64,000 bases of DNA, taken from assembly GCF_036321535.1 (NCBI RefSeq), contig NC_087436.1:107696001-107760000 (forward strand). The letters are read 5' to 3'. The notes under the pieces were generated by a model. The model was not told where the DNA came from. It made no database searches and worked only from the letters and a program-made list of their open reading frames with translations. The position numbers and the translations under genes were made by a program. This stretch comes from Camelus dromedarius. Its lineage: Eukaryota. Positions within the stretch are counted from its first letter, which is position 1; each line of letters opens with the position of its first letter. Below, in pieces: positions 25,095 through 37,485 of this stretch.

Positions 25095-25450
25095 GTCTCA
25101 GTTCCTTGGAGCTGCTATAACAGAGATGCCATAGACTGGTTGTTTACAAACACCAGATATTTACTGCTCACAGTTCTGGAGGCTGAGAAGTCCAAGATCA
25201 AGGAGCTAGCAGATTTGTTGCCTGGTGAAGGCCCACTTCCTGGTTCATAGACAGCCATCATTTCTCTCTGTCCTTACCTGGTAGAGACAGGGAAGAGAGT
25301 TGTCCAGAATCTCTTTAATGAGGGCACTAACTCCATTCATGACAGCCCTGCCCTGGTGTCCTAATCACGTCCCAAAGATTCCACCTCCAAATACTGGGGA
25401 TTAAGTTTTAACATTTGAATGTTGGGAACACAGACATTCAGTCGGTAGTA
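25095..25450 (-). mobile_element. MaLR solo LTR (MLT1A-like)
   Basis: 'gctgctataaca...ctcacagttctggaggctgagaagtccaagatcaagg...agggcactaactccattcatga...cattcagtc'. Confidence 0.9.
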
Positions 25451-25563
25451 CCCCATCTCATTCATGTATAGTTTCCTCACCTCTCTAGACTACAAGACTA
25501 TCTTCCTCCCTTTAACTCTCATGGCACTCATGATGCCTTTGGTTCGCTTACAGATTTATTCAT

Positions 25564-25677
25564 TAATTTACTTATTGATCCATTCATCATCCATTAGCCA
25601 TCTTTTAAGCACTTCTTATGTAATTTACTTGTTGATCCATTCATCATCCATTAGCCATCTTGTAAGCACTTCTTATG
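25564..25677. repeat. 57-bp tandem duplication within an L2 3' end
   Basis: Copies 25564-25620 and 25621-25677 differ at 2 positions. Confidence 0.95.
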
Positions 25678-26365
25678 TTCCAGTTACAGTCTTAGGCACT
25701 GGTGATATACTGAATAGAGCATGGATTGTGATTCCAAGTGTCATAGTCCAAGAGAAGACATACGTAAGGGAATAGACATTGAATATCTTATATGGTTGTG
25801 GGATTCTCTTCTGTGTGCTGTTTTTCACCAATGAATTTTTGGATTATAACATTTATCACTCCTCTCTCTCCCATTGTGCCTAGTACAGTGATAGACTCAG
25901 AATGGGAGCTTGAGAAAAGCCTGTCCTTTTAAACATGCACATTTTACTCTTCTAAGTAACTCCACATGTATCTTTAACTCACATGTATTTTGGAATAATA
26001 TTTCAGCATTGGTTTGAAAATACACCAATGAATGATAAGATACTGCATCAGAACATAAGGAAAGTTGAATTTAATGGCATGGTCAACATTTCTTGTACCC
26101 TGTAACTGCTTCCAGACCTGGTCAGTTTCTGCAGCTTGGAGTTTGAGTGGAATTTGATATTAGGAACTGGGCTACTGACACGGAGAGAAAAAGTATACAA
26201 TGCCCATCCAATGTCTAACTCACTTAAATAAAATGTCACATTTGCTCACCTTTGACTGAGCTTAAAATAAGTTATATATTGTACCTAATGATCAATTTTA
26301 ACTTGTAATATTTTTTGTGAGAAGACTACTGTAAACTACTGCACATTTATAATATAGGTGCATAC

Positions 26366-26366
<1 letters not shown>

Positions 26367-26406
<40 letters not shown>
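26367..26406. repeat. (AC)20 microsatellite
   Basis: Uninterrupted dinucleotide run. Confidence 0.97.
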
Positions 26407-26408
<2 letters not shown>

Positions 26409-27489
26409 CTAAAGGTGAGAACAGCTGTTTAGTTATACATTTGAATCCAAAAATCTCAAAATACATGCTGCTTAGAGTTTGGGAACTCTTAATAGTTAAT
26501 CTATCACACAGCAAATGGTGAAAAGAAAGCTAGTTTTCCTGTAGCTGCAACAATCAATTCAAGAAGTGAGAAAAACTCAATTAGCCAACTAGATGGTATT
26601 CAATGCATCATAATTTGCCTGCTTTTTCTCCCCATTGGAAATGAGATAGTTATGGCAACAGCCTCAAAAACTCCAGTTTTGGTTCTCTGGGGTTTCAGGC
26701 TTTTTTTTTTTTTTTTTTTGGAAATAAGAGTTTGAGTTTGAGTAATCACTTTCATAGTGAATGTCTCTTTTGGTAAAGTGAAGGGAAATCTTGATTCATG
26801 GATTTGTGTGATTTTTGGAGAGGTAATGTTTTATCCTTACATACCTTAATTATTAAGACAAATGAGTTTTTTTTTTACAAATTAATTGAATGATTAATTA
26901 CCCTAATCTTCACCTTGATTTTCATATTAGTGATTCTTCTTGTTAATACTATTAGTAGAATAAGGTCATCTCATAGAATTATTGTAGTTGTCATTCTGGG
27001 GGGGGAAAAAAGTCTTCTATAGAAATACAACCTTTGTAGATTTCACCATATTTACTCCTAAATTTTTGTACTCTTCAACCCTTGACAGAAAAAAGGATTG
27101 TGAACTTTCATATATGAAAAAGAAAATCAGGTATTTTCGCCAACAAAATTCCTCTTGCCTATAGAAGGTCTCAGGAAAATCCTCTACCTCAGAACTGAGG
27201 TCCCCGCTGTCTTGACAGCAGGTAACCTAGTTTCACTCTCATGAGAAGCAGATGAAGTGATGAGATTATGACTCAACTGCTTCTAAGCAAGGTGTGGTGG
27301 GCAGCCTGCAAGACGGCTCCTAGTGTCCTCTCCTGGTGCTCACATGCCTCTGTAATCCCTTTCTCTTGAATTTACTGACCAGCCTCCAATATGGCCCATA
27401 GATGGAATTCACTCCTGAGGTTAGGTCCCATAAGATTATAATTGTAATCTGTAATGTTAACCATTTTCCATTCTATATCCCATACAATG

Positions 27490-28410
27490 AATCATTTCCC
27501 TCGATTGAAGGCTATATGTTTCCAGAGTGATAGGGCCCACTTTGTGCCCAGCAGAATGCAGAAAAAAGACTCACATCAAGCCCTATCATCAAGAAAATGC
27601 AGAACATCAACACTAAAAAGAGAATTCTAAAAACTTCTGGACAGAGGGGGAAAAAAGCAGGTGACATATGATGAGGAATTATCATGGCATCAAAATTCTT
27701 AATAGCAACACTGGCAGAAGACAAGAGAGAAATGATCACAATCCTGAGGAAATTGACTTCCAACTGGAATTACATTCGCAACCAAACTATAAATTAAGTC
27801 TGAGGGTAGAACAGCAACATTTTCAGACATGCAAGACGTCAGCGGATCCATGGCCCATGTCCTCTCAGTGCACAGGGGCAAATGAAAGAAAAAATGATCG
27901 AATGTGAGATCCAGGAAACAGAGGTTTCCTAAGAGTAGAAAGAAGAGAATAGAGAAGGTCCACTACCCCTGCTCTGCAGCCAGTCGAGGAGGACCCAGTT
28001 TACACTGGAGTGTGTGACTTGGGCTCTATGAGTGATGTCTCCAAGAAAAAAGTAGATAAAGGATACCTTTTTGAGATAGGTTTTGCAGCTCTGATGAGTT
28101 TGAGGCTGCAGCGATGATCAGCACAAGGACACTGAGCAAACATAACCCTTATCTTCCTTAGAAGAAGGGAATTAAGATAATGTCTGTAACTGCAAAATCA
28201 AGAAATAGCAAAACAGATACCTTATGTTGAAATTAGGTGGTGAATATTGGAAGAAACAGCTAAAGAGTTGAATGTGATGACTCTGAAGATTAGGATGTGA
28301 AAGTAAGAAGGGACAGAAGCAGGGGACTGCTTTAAGAAAAAAAAAACAGTGGTACTCTTTGACTCTTAGAATTATGCATTGAAGAAAATAAGCATAAGTT
28401 CCCAGAAGTC
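27490..28410 (+). mobile_element. HAL1 / old L1 ORF1-derived fragment
   Basis: 'ccagagtgatagggcccac...aagagaattctaaaaacttc...atggcatcaaaattcttaatagcaacactgg...ttccaactggaatt...caaccaaactat' is ORF1-like and is followed by 3' UTR-like sequence with no ORF2. Confidence 0.6.
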
Positions 28411-28489
28411 ACTTTTATAAATATTAAAATGTCTTGTCTTATTCTTCCTCCTCCATGTGCTCCCCTCCCCTTCTCACCCTGGAGACCCT

Positions 28490-28670
28490 GGCGTTTTTTC
28501 CATCTTGACTGACGGATCACATCCTTAGAGACCCCGGAAGTTCCCATCCCCGCTCCCCGTGCATCCATCTCTCCTTTTCTCGGTCCTGTGCGTCTGCCCC
28601 TCCTTCCCATCCGTATCAGGAAAGCTCCCCGGGAAAAGAGTTTACATAAACAAGACCTTCTATCGTTTCC
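28490..28670. promoter_or_regulatory. CpG-retaining patch with ETS, NF-kB-like and forkhead motifs
   Basis: About 11 CpGs in 180 bp; CCGGAAGT 28534-28541; GGAAGTTCCC 28536-28545; GTTTACATAAACA 28640-28652. Motif evidence only. Confidence 0.3.
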
Positions 28671-29809
28671 GTTTCTCTCACTAGACTTTCACAGTCAGCC
28701 TCTGGCAGGGTCTAGACATCAGATGGGGTCATGGGCAGGTCTCGCTAATGAGTTTTCCTCTTCTCCATTTTTTGTAATGGTTTGAAAACAGTAGATCTCC
28801 TAGCTAGTCTGCCTGCTTGGGAGTTTTTCTTGCTTGTGTTCCATCTCAGCCTAGTCTCTACCCTGGAAATTGAATTGTCTCTTTGCTCATTTAGCCTTTT
28901 TAGTGTGAGTTCATCCCATTAAGATGTGCTAAGGCGTGCTTGCCTGTCATTGATTTCTGCATGAATTCTGGATAGCCAGGCCGTTAAACAAACATTGCTC
29001 ACTGAGTTCCATTTTTGAATGCATTCCCAGGAGAGGAAGTCTAGAAACTCCTATGAAGGTCATTATCACAGCAGGTCTGGCTGGCCACTGGGATGGAGGC
29101 AGGGACTTTGGGCTATAAATTTCTTTTCCTATTTTGGGTTCCAGAATACTGAATCTGATCCTATTCTTCAGTCAAACTCTGGTGTGAATTAGCAGGGGGC
29201 AGTCTTCCCTTCTACTGCTTGTATTTCATATGATTGACATCTTAGAATGAGCTGTGATGGGGTGAGGACAGATTGCTATGGAGGCACAGAGGAGAGGCAC
29301 CCAGATCAGTCTTGGAAAGTCAGGGAAAGCTTCCCTGGGCAGGGCTGTGTAAGCATTGACTTTGATTGAAGCTAAAAGGATGAGATTGTGGTGAGCTCTT
29401 GAACTTGGTGGGAACACAGCTAGGTACACAATAATACAACCACACCAAAGATCTCTTGCCTTTATATCACATTTCACAGTTGATTACACTGTCTTCAAAT
29501 GCAGGATTATCAAGTAGACAGCCTGTGCTCAGAGCATCAGCAGAGGTAGGCCTCAGAGATTGAGCACCGTCCAGCTTTAGCACATACACCCATAATTTTG
29601 TAATAAGAAAATCAACAAAAGTCTTATTTTAATGGCAGATTTTGTTAAGTTCTGGGTTTTGTGGTTTGTATTGGTTTTATTTAGTAGACTATGTAGGATG
29701 AGGTAGTGGAATGGGGGAGACAACATAAATTTTAGGGTATTGATCTGGCCTCTTTACATATATTTTTCTTATAACAACCTTGAGAAAGCCTAGATAATAA
29801 AATAGTGTT

Positions 29810-29905
29810 GTTGTTGCTATTATTATTATTTAGTGGAGATACTGGAGTTTGAACCCAGGACCTCATGCATGATAAGCATGCTCTCTACCACCGAGCTATC
29901 CTCCC
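29810..29905 (-). mobile_element. Camelid tRNA-derived SINE (Vic-1-like) inside a MIR
   Basis: Minus strand reads gggaggatagctcggtggtagagagcatgcttatcatgcatgaggtcctgggttcaaactccagtatctcca plus (aat)n tail; Pol III A and B boxes visible. Confidence 0.88.
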
Positions 29906-30059
29906 ACAAAATAGCATTACTATTATTACTACTGCTGCTATTATTACTATTGCCTTGTTAGTAGATGACCAAGCTTAGGTCAGAGAGCTGTTAAAGGACT
30001 TACTCAAAATCATTCTGCTGGTAAAATGCAGAAGTGGGACTTGAACTCAACAACCTCAT

Positions 30060-30270
30060 TGAGAGACCATGGCTTGTGAAGTCAGGTAGTCTGGACCCAC
30101 ATCCCTTTTCTACCATGTGATGAAATTTCTTAACCTCATTCACCTTCATATGGGGCAAAAATATATATCCCACAGAGTAGTTGGGAAAATTAAATAAGAT
30201 AGCGTAGAAACAGTGTCTAGCTTCAGGCTGGCTTGCAGTACATGTTTAATAAATGGCAGTTATTATCATC
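30060..30270 (+). mobile_element. MIR SINE
   Basis: 'aaatttcttaacctc...aattaaataagata...tttaataaatggcagttattat'. Confidence 0.7.
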
Positions 30271-30599
30271 TCCTGGTTCCTGGGGTCGGTATCATTTCTG
30301 CTCCATAGCATGTGAAGAAGAATCCACTAGAAGCCATGCGAGGCAGTAAGCAGTTCCGTATTTAGCTTGTTGTCAGGGCCAGAGGCTTTGTAGAGCCCTG
30401 GGGTGACTAGGATGATGGTGTTGGTAAACCTTGATGGTCTCTACCCTGCTTCTTCCATTTTGTAAAGAAGGTTGAAACAACTTAAGTTATTTATATGTCC
30501 AGACAAAATTATTGTGCATGCCCAGGTTTCTCAACAGATCCTTTCTCTTTGGTTTATTCAATCAGAATGAAGTAGTTGGAGGGAAAGCGCTGGTGCCAG

Positions 30600-30800
30600 T
30601 GTGGCTTGGATGGAAACCCTGGCTTTCTTTACTTTTTAGCTACGTTATGCTGGAGGCGTTGCTGAAATTGTCTGTGCTTCAGTTACCCTGCACATAAAAT
30701 GAGGAGCAGACTAGTATCTACTTAGACGGTTGAAAGGATTAAATGAGGTAATGCATGTAAATTTCCTTTAGAAATGCCTGGTACAAGGTAAGGTTCAGTG
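30600..30800 (+). mobile_element. MIR SINE
   Basis: 'tctgtgcttcagttaccc...aaaatgagga...aggattaaatgaggtaatgcatgtaaa'. Confidence 0.75.
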
Positions 30801-32739
30801 TCGCTCGAGCGTGTACTAGGTGTCAGGTTCTATTTTAAGCACTGGGACATGATGGATGACTGAGATAGACAGTCTCTTTAGGTGAACTGATAAGTAATGC
30901 GTGGATTCTGAAACTCTTCAGTTTTGTAATATGAGGATGCCTTTTGATGCTGCTTGGTTAGAATGAAACAACGAATGTTTCCGTGTTCCTCTGGGTTTTG
31001 CCAGATTATTCAGAACCTTGATGATATTTCCTTCAGCCTGTGGGCAAGGCTTTAATGTTTTCTCTCAGGAATGACTTCCCACAAACTGGTACTTGTGACT
31101 TCACAATGAGCAACTTCTTTATGAGAACCGTTATGTGGAAGACAGATGAAGAAAATTGTTTGCAACAAGCCCAAGGATTAGAACTGTCCTGTTTTGAGTT
31201 TAGCTGTCATATATGGGGATGAGTTACATGCTTACGTTAAAAGGACATAATCTTTATGTCATAAAATCTGCTTTATGCGGAATATAACTGAGGCTCCATT
31301 CTTGGCAAGGAAATGTGAAAGGAGATCATTTCTAATATTTTGATAATCAGATCTGAATGCCCTCCTTGTTTCCCCCATAATATATATATATTTAATAACA
31401 ACTGCAGTCTGCTTTTAACTGCTGTACTTTTCTGACCCAGAGAAATCCTTTCCATTGAGTTGCAGCCAGAAATTTGGCGACAGTTGAATTAAGACTGAAA
31501 CGTTGCCTTTATATTCATAACACGCACGAAGATGAACATAAACTCACAAACAACTTGAGATCATCCTAAACCTATAATGAGTCACAGATGAGCTCATTCT
31601 GTGTAGACAGTTCACATCTCAATTTCAGAAGAGGCAGGGCCCCCTGGATAGCTGAAGTGGACACTCTTTCCCTTGGCAATAGCATGCTACCACTTCGTCT
31701 GTGTCACTTGTTAACACATAGAGAAACCATGCAGCATTAATAGCAGAGGGCCAGTGCTTCTCTGTAGGTGATGGACTTAATCCGATTTGTGTGTTTCTTA
31801 GTGACCCAGATTCAGAATGCACAAATCTATCGGGAAATTGACTCATACGCCTTCTACAAACACGCAAAAGGATTTAGAACCATTATAACTATCATCTCAG
31901 ACTTCAAATTTGGAGTCTCCTGATGGCCATTTATGACATTTCTTGTCAAAATCCCTTCTTCTGGGAATTACGCGCCCCTCCCTCATCTTGCATTCCAGGG
32001 CATGTTCATAGGTAGGTTTTCCATAATTTAGCATACATCTAACCACAGCCCACCAGCAAACACTAGCCACAATTGTTGAGTTCAAATTTGAGTAGAGTGT
32101 GTTGCTCTGTTACCAGATAAGGCTGATGTTTTACTAGTAGGCATGGATGAGTCTTTACAGAAAAGCTTGTGATACCCTGGGGTTAAATATTTTGAATCTG
32201 TCCCTAGGTGACCTTGCAGCTCTGTGAATATGCTGTCAGCTACCTACAAACCATCACATATTCATTTAGTCCGCCTAGGTAAATTTTTGTGTTTCCACAA
32301 AGTTAAGAATCTTTTCAGTCTAATTTTAGAAAACTTTTAGAACACACAGTTTTGGGGGAAATGATGAGCAATTCTTGTGTTAATCATCTTGCTACCATCT
32401 TCCCCCAACACTTAATAAAACATATGGTAATGCACAGATGCTCCTTAACAAGGAAAATAATATATTGAAAATGTTGGCATGAAGTCGTTACCCGCTTTGA
32501 GTGTCATCTGAAATCACCAACTTACTTTACTCAAGCATAGTATTTTTTTTTCCTTAGTTAAGCAAAGCTGGCAATTGTAAAACATCGTATTTCTTTTTAA
32601 ACTTAAAATAAAGTACAATTGAAGGAATAATTGAGTTTATAAGTCAAAATCCCAGTTACAGAAGAACCTGACAAATTGATGTGCCTAAATATTTCTTTTT
32701 CAAACCGAGTATTTGGAGACTGCAATCTAAGAACCCTGG

Positions 32740-32960
32740 CTAACATTCGTGAGTGCTGATCTTATTTTAGGCATTGTTTTTAGATGTACATTAACTCAGT
32801 TAATGCAAACTGGACCCTATGAGATACTTACATTCATTATCTCAATTTTACAGAAGAGAAAACCAAAACATATGAATTAAAGTTTATACACCTGGAAGAT
32901 GGTGGAGTCAGAATTCAAACTCAGGTCCCCAGCTTGAGGGCTCGTGGTCATGGTCACCAC
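32740..32960 (-). mobile_element. MIR SINE
   Basis: 'gctaacattcgtgagtgct...ctcaattttacagaagagaaaacc...gagtcagaattcaaactcagg'. Confidence 0.75.
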
Positions 32961-33576
32961 AGTGTGAACCTCAGTATAAAACGGGGGTTGGGGTTAGTAT
33001 TGGTCTTTATTTGAAAGACAAACTATTAGAAAGCACATTTTATGTGCTCTAACTTTTCATCTCTCACTTTACTGAGCCTATAGTTGCTTTGAGACGTTAG
33101 CTGCTTGTGTTCTGGGGACATAATCTAAAGCCAGCTCACATGGGAAAGTCAGTTATTGCCTGTCCATCCTATGATTTGGACTCTTGGAAACTTTATACAC
33201 AAGAAGTCACTCATTAGTCCACTGACTTAGCCATATAGGTTCTTTCATATCTTTCTTTGGCTGTATTTACATTTCTCATCATTGGTAACAGTTCAGCAGG
33301 GCAAGAGTTTCATGGACTAGAGCACTAGATGGAGATAGGCAAGTTCTGGGTCAAAGCCTTAGTTCTGCATTAGGCGTGAGATAGAATGAACCTGGATTGG
33401 AATAACCTGGATTCTAAGGTTGATTTTTGTGAAGAACTTTTTCTGTCTAGTTCTTAGTTTCTTCATTTGAGGAATAGAGACTGAACAAGGTGACTATACT
33501 TCTGTCTTGCTTGGAAAATCCTCTAATGCAATCCTGAGTCCCTCTTATCTATGTCAATATATAAAGCAGTGAGTTC

Positions 33577-34212
33577 TGTATTAGTTTTCCATTTCTGCAT
33601 AAGAAATTACCATAAAAGTCATGCATTATGACAATGTCCATTTCTTATCTCACAATTCTGTAGGTCGGAAGTCTGAGCAGGGATCTCCTGGATTTTTTGC
33701 TGGATGTCTCAGAAGGCTAGGACTGGGGTTGAAAGTTGTCTCATCTGGGGTTGAAAGTTGTCTTTCAAGCTCCCTTGTTACTGGCAGAATTCAGTGTCTT
33801 GTGGTTGTAGAAGTGAGGTTTCCACTTTCTGACTGGCTGTTAACTAGGGCCACTCTCAGCTCCTGGAGGCTGCCCTCTGTACCCTGCCACGTGGCCTTCT
33901 CCACAACATGGAGTTAGCTCTTTTAAGCTCCTCAGGAGGACCTCTCTCACTTTGCATAACTTTGACCACTTTTAAGGGCTCACCTGATTAAGTGAAGCCC
34001 ACCAAGTATAATTTGTTTTGATTAGCTCAGAGTCAACTGATGAAGGATTTTCTTTCTGCTATATACTTTCTGCTATATAATATAACATCATAATGGGAGT
34101 GATATCCCATCATATTCACAAGTCATGTTTATAACCACATGGAGGTAATAATAAGGTGTTTACACCAGAATGTGGGAATCTTGGGGACTGTCTTAGCATT
34201 CTGCTTTCCAAA
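33577..34212 (-). mobile_element. MaLR solo LTR (MLT1E-like)
   Basis: 'tgtattagttttcc...ggcagaattcagtgtcttgtggttgtag...tttaagggctcacctgatta...gggaatcttggggactgtcttagcattctgc'. Confidence 0.85.
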
Positions 34213-35093
34213 GAGGATCTGGGTAGAGGGAACCTCAAATCTTATTTGGTAATAGAAACCAACAATCGAAAGTTACTGGTTGATCATGTTGGAAAAGATT
34301 GTGTTTGTGTTTTGGCTGCCTAGAAAATTTGCATAAGAGCCCAGATAACTCTAGGAAAAAAAAAAAAAAAGTATGTCAAGTTCCTGGAAGCTTTCCTCTA
34401 AAAAAAAATAATGTTTTGAGAAATTCTCGTTCTGGATTCAGAATGTCTATACTCAGTTCTCCCTCAATAAAGGCACTATTCAGCAGGTAGGCCTCTTTAA
34501 CCTAAGCAGGCTCTAATCTAAGAAACTTCAGGGTCATTTGGTCATATAGAGATGGGACAATTAACTTCGGAAATACATAGATTATAAAAAAAATGAGATT
34601 TTACTATATGCCCCATACTGAGTCTAAGGGTCAGAGTGGATAATGTTGGAGTCTCTGAAGCCAAGAAAGCAAATGTTATACCTGTTCCAAAAGAAATTAA
34701 AATGACAGCGCTGTTCAGTGAGTCAAATCTGTGAAATAAATTAATTCCCCAGCTCTCGCATGCTCCCAAACCCGAATCTTCTATTTTGCTGAACTTTTAT
34801 GCTGCAAAACCCAGAGCTAATAAAATAGGAATTATATGTCTTTATCTTAATCATGATCCAAAGCTCAGACATATTTTATTTCACCGAAATAGTATTCCAA
34901 ACCAGATTTTGAATAGTATCACACCTATTAAGGTAGGTAGATTTTACATTCTAGTCTTCTGCTAGGGTTTTGGTAAATTTGGTAGAGTTGCCAAATTTAT
35001 TATCAGCCTGCAGACCTTCCGAAAAGCACATCAGGGTGATCAAAGACAATGAAATGCCCTCAATGAAGTTGATCTCAAGGCTTTAACTGATAG

Positions 35094-35734
35094 TGATACA
35101 GGAAAAATGATGTGGGATGCAAGAGGATGACCATGTCCCAGGTTTTCTTTGGGTTTCTGGGATGTGCCCCTCCAAGTGAGGGTACTTGGCTTCATGAAGG
35201 AAAGAATTCAAGAGTGAGCCATAGTTGAGTAAAAGATTTATTCAGAGAGATGAACGCTCCATAGTCAGAGTGCAGGCCATCAAAGCAGGCAAGAGAAAGG
35301 CTGAGAGGTGTAGGGTTGGGTGTTTAAAGTAAAAGTAGATATACTCTCCATAGGCAGAGTGCAGGCCAGCTCAGAAGGCGAGAGAGAGAGAGAGCAACCA
35401 CAAGGCACAGTGTTGCTACTTTTTATCTGCTAACAAGTGAGAGGATTATTCCAACTGCTTTGGGGAAGGGGCAGGGATTCCTAGGAATTGGGCCACTGCC
35501 CTCTCTTTGACCTTTCATGGTCAACTTCAGAACTGTCATGGGGCTTTTGGGTATGTCATTCACCATGCTAGTACATTACAGTGTGTATCAAGTAGCTCAA
35601 GGTCAAATGGAGGTCAAATCTCATGCCATCTTGGGCCTCAAGGTCTATTGGGAGTTGACTTTTCCATCATCTTGGTGCTAATTGCTGTGTCATTCTCTTA
35701 ATGGCTGTGTCCTGCCCCCTTCTTTCCTGTCTCA
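35094..35734 (-). mobile_element. ERV1-class solo LTR (MER41-like), 641 bp
   Basis: Terminal inverted repeats TGATACAGGAAA / TTTCCTGTCTCA; exact 4-bp TSD ATAG; antisense polyA signal (tttatt near 35237). Confidence 0.9.
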
Positions 35735-36257
35735 ATAGCAGTCTCCTATTTCTCATTTTTCATGCCCAGCTTGGTGTAATACAACTGGAAACAATTAACT
35801 CAGCAAATTTATTACAATTCTGTTTTGTGCATGTACAGTATACTTTTTTTTTCTTTTAATCAGTACGTAAAAATGGGAGTGGAGTAGAGAAGAGAGGAAT
35901 CAGGTGAATGGTTTCTGTCGCCTGGTGAAATCCAGCTGGACTATTGCCCTCACAGGCCTTCTGAGATGGCCTCTCTGTGGAACAAAATATTTCCAAATAA
36001 TTCAACAGCACTGCTCCTGTACATCACAGCTGCTATTTCATCTCTTCACCAAGAGAAGACACAGGAGGAATTTCAGCCCATCAGGATCTGTATTATTTGG
36101 AAGATAAACTTCTGCAGGCAGGATAAATGCAATCTTAGAGGGTGGGTTTGCAGTAAGACTAGAAGAGGAACGGACATATTGGAGGCTTATCTATCTGTCC
36201 AGATATGGAATGTGCATTATTTCATTTATTCTCACTGATAAACGTAGGGGGTTCTCA

Positions 36258-37485
36258 TGTTATCGAACAAAGTTCACATGCCTGATGCACAGCGAGGCCA
36301 AATAAACCGAAACACTGGAATTTGGAGCAGAGAAAGGTTATATTGCAGGGCCGAGCAAGAAGGACCAGTGGCTCATGCTCTAAAAACCTAAACTCCCTGA
36401 TGGTTTTGCAGGAGAAGTATTTATAAGCAAAATCTGGGGTGAGGGCTGCAGGGTGTGTGACTTTCTTCTGATTGGTTGGTGATGAGGTTGAGACAGGAAG
36501 GAAGAGGGCAGGGCACAGCCATTCAAGGAATGACACAGCAGTTAACACCAAAATGGTGGAAGACTCAACTCTCAGTAGGCCTTGAAGCTCAAGATGACAG
36601 GAGACTTGACTCCCGGTAGACCTTGAGCTTCATTATATGCTCATTATAATCTATTAGCATGGGAAATAACACTCCGACAGGCGCCATGGTAGTTGTCAGG
36701 CTGACCGTAAAAGGTCAAAAAGTGGGCGGTGGCCCAATTCCTGGAAATCCCAATCCCTTCCCCAAAATAGTTGGAACAATCCTCCCACTTACTAGCATAT
36801 GAAGCTACTGAGCCCATAAAAACTAGCAACACCACACCTTGTGGTCTCTCACTCCCTCATCTTTGGAGGTGGCCCGTACTCTTGTCTATGGAGTGTGTAT
36901 CTACTTTTACTTTAACCTGAGCTCCCAACCTCTACTCTTGTGGCCTGTCTCTCACCTTCTGAAACAGCCTACACTCTATGTAGTATGTATCTATCTAAAT
37001 AAATCTGTCTTTACTCAACTGTGCTCACTCTTGAATTCTTTCCTGTGCGAAGCCAAGGACCCATACTTGGCGGGGCACGTCCCAGGCACGTCCCCGCCTT
37101 CCTATCACCCCACATTCATTTTTCCTGTCTCAAGGTAACCTGGCGATGTTCCAGGAATCTTTGCTCAGCCTGAAGTTAACCTCCTCCATCTGTGGGGAGG
37201 GGAAGCTTGCAGTAAGACTGCAGAAGAACTCAGAGATAAATTGTTACGTATATTCCTTGAGGAGGAACCAGGACTCTGCCCCAAGGCTACGCTATTGTTT
37301 CCTGACTGTTCCTCCCTGGTCTCTGCATCCCCTCCCTTCCCTGATTAGCAACTCTTTGAATTTGCCCTTTGGAACTCAGGGAAGGCCAAGGAGGCTGAAG
37401 AAAGCCTATTTCTGACAAACAAGAAGTGGAGCACAGGGAAAGGGTTTGTACCAGGGAGAACCCCACAGGGTCCTGCTCGGTTTCA
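36258..37485 (-). mobile_element. ERV1-class solo LTR (outer element, split by a nested LTR)
   Basis: tgttatcgaa ... ctcggtttca termini; 4-bp TSD ctca/ctaa; antisense CCAAT and TATA-like motifs ('ctgattggtt', 'tatttata'); halves rejoin across the AGGT duplication. Confidence 0.85.
36489..37132 (+). mobile_element. ERV1-class solo LTR (MER41-like), 644 bp, nested
   Basis: TGAGACAGGAA / TTCCTGTCTCA inverted termini; exact TSD AGGT (36485-36488, 37133-37136); cataaaa TATA-like box and aataaa; visibly homologous to the reverse complement of 35094-35734. Confidence 0.92.

Noticed and set aside
29830..29905. tRNA gene
   Set aside because: A and B boxes are present, but the stems are degenerate and an (AAT)n tail follows; it is a SINE head.
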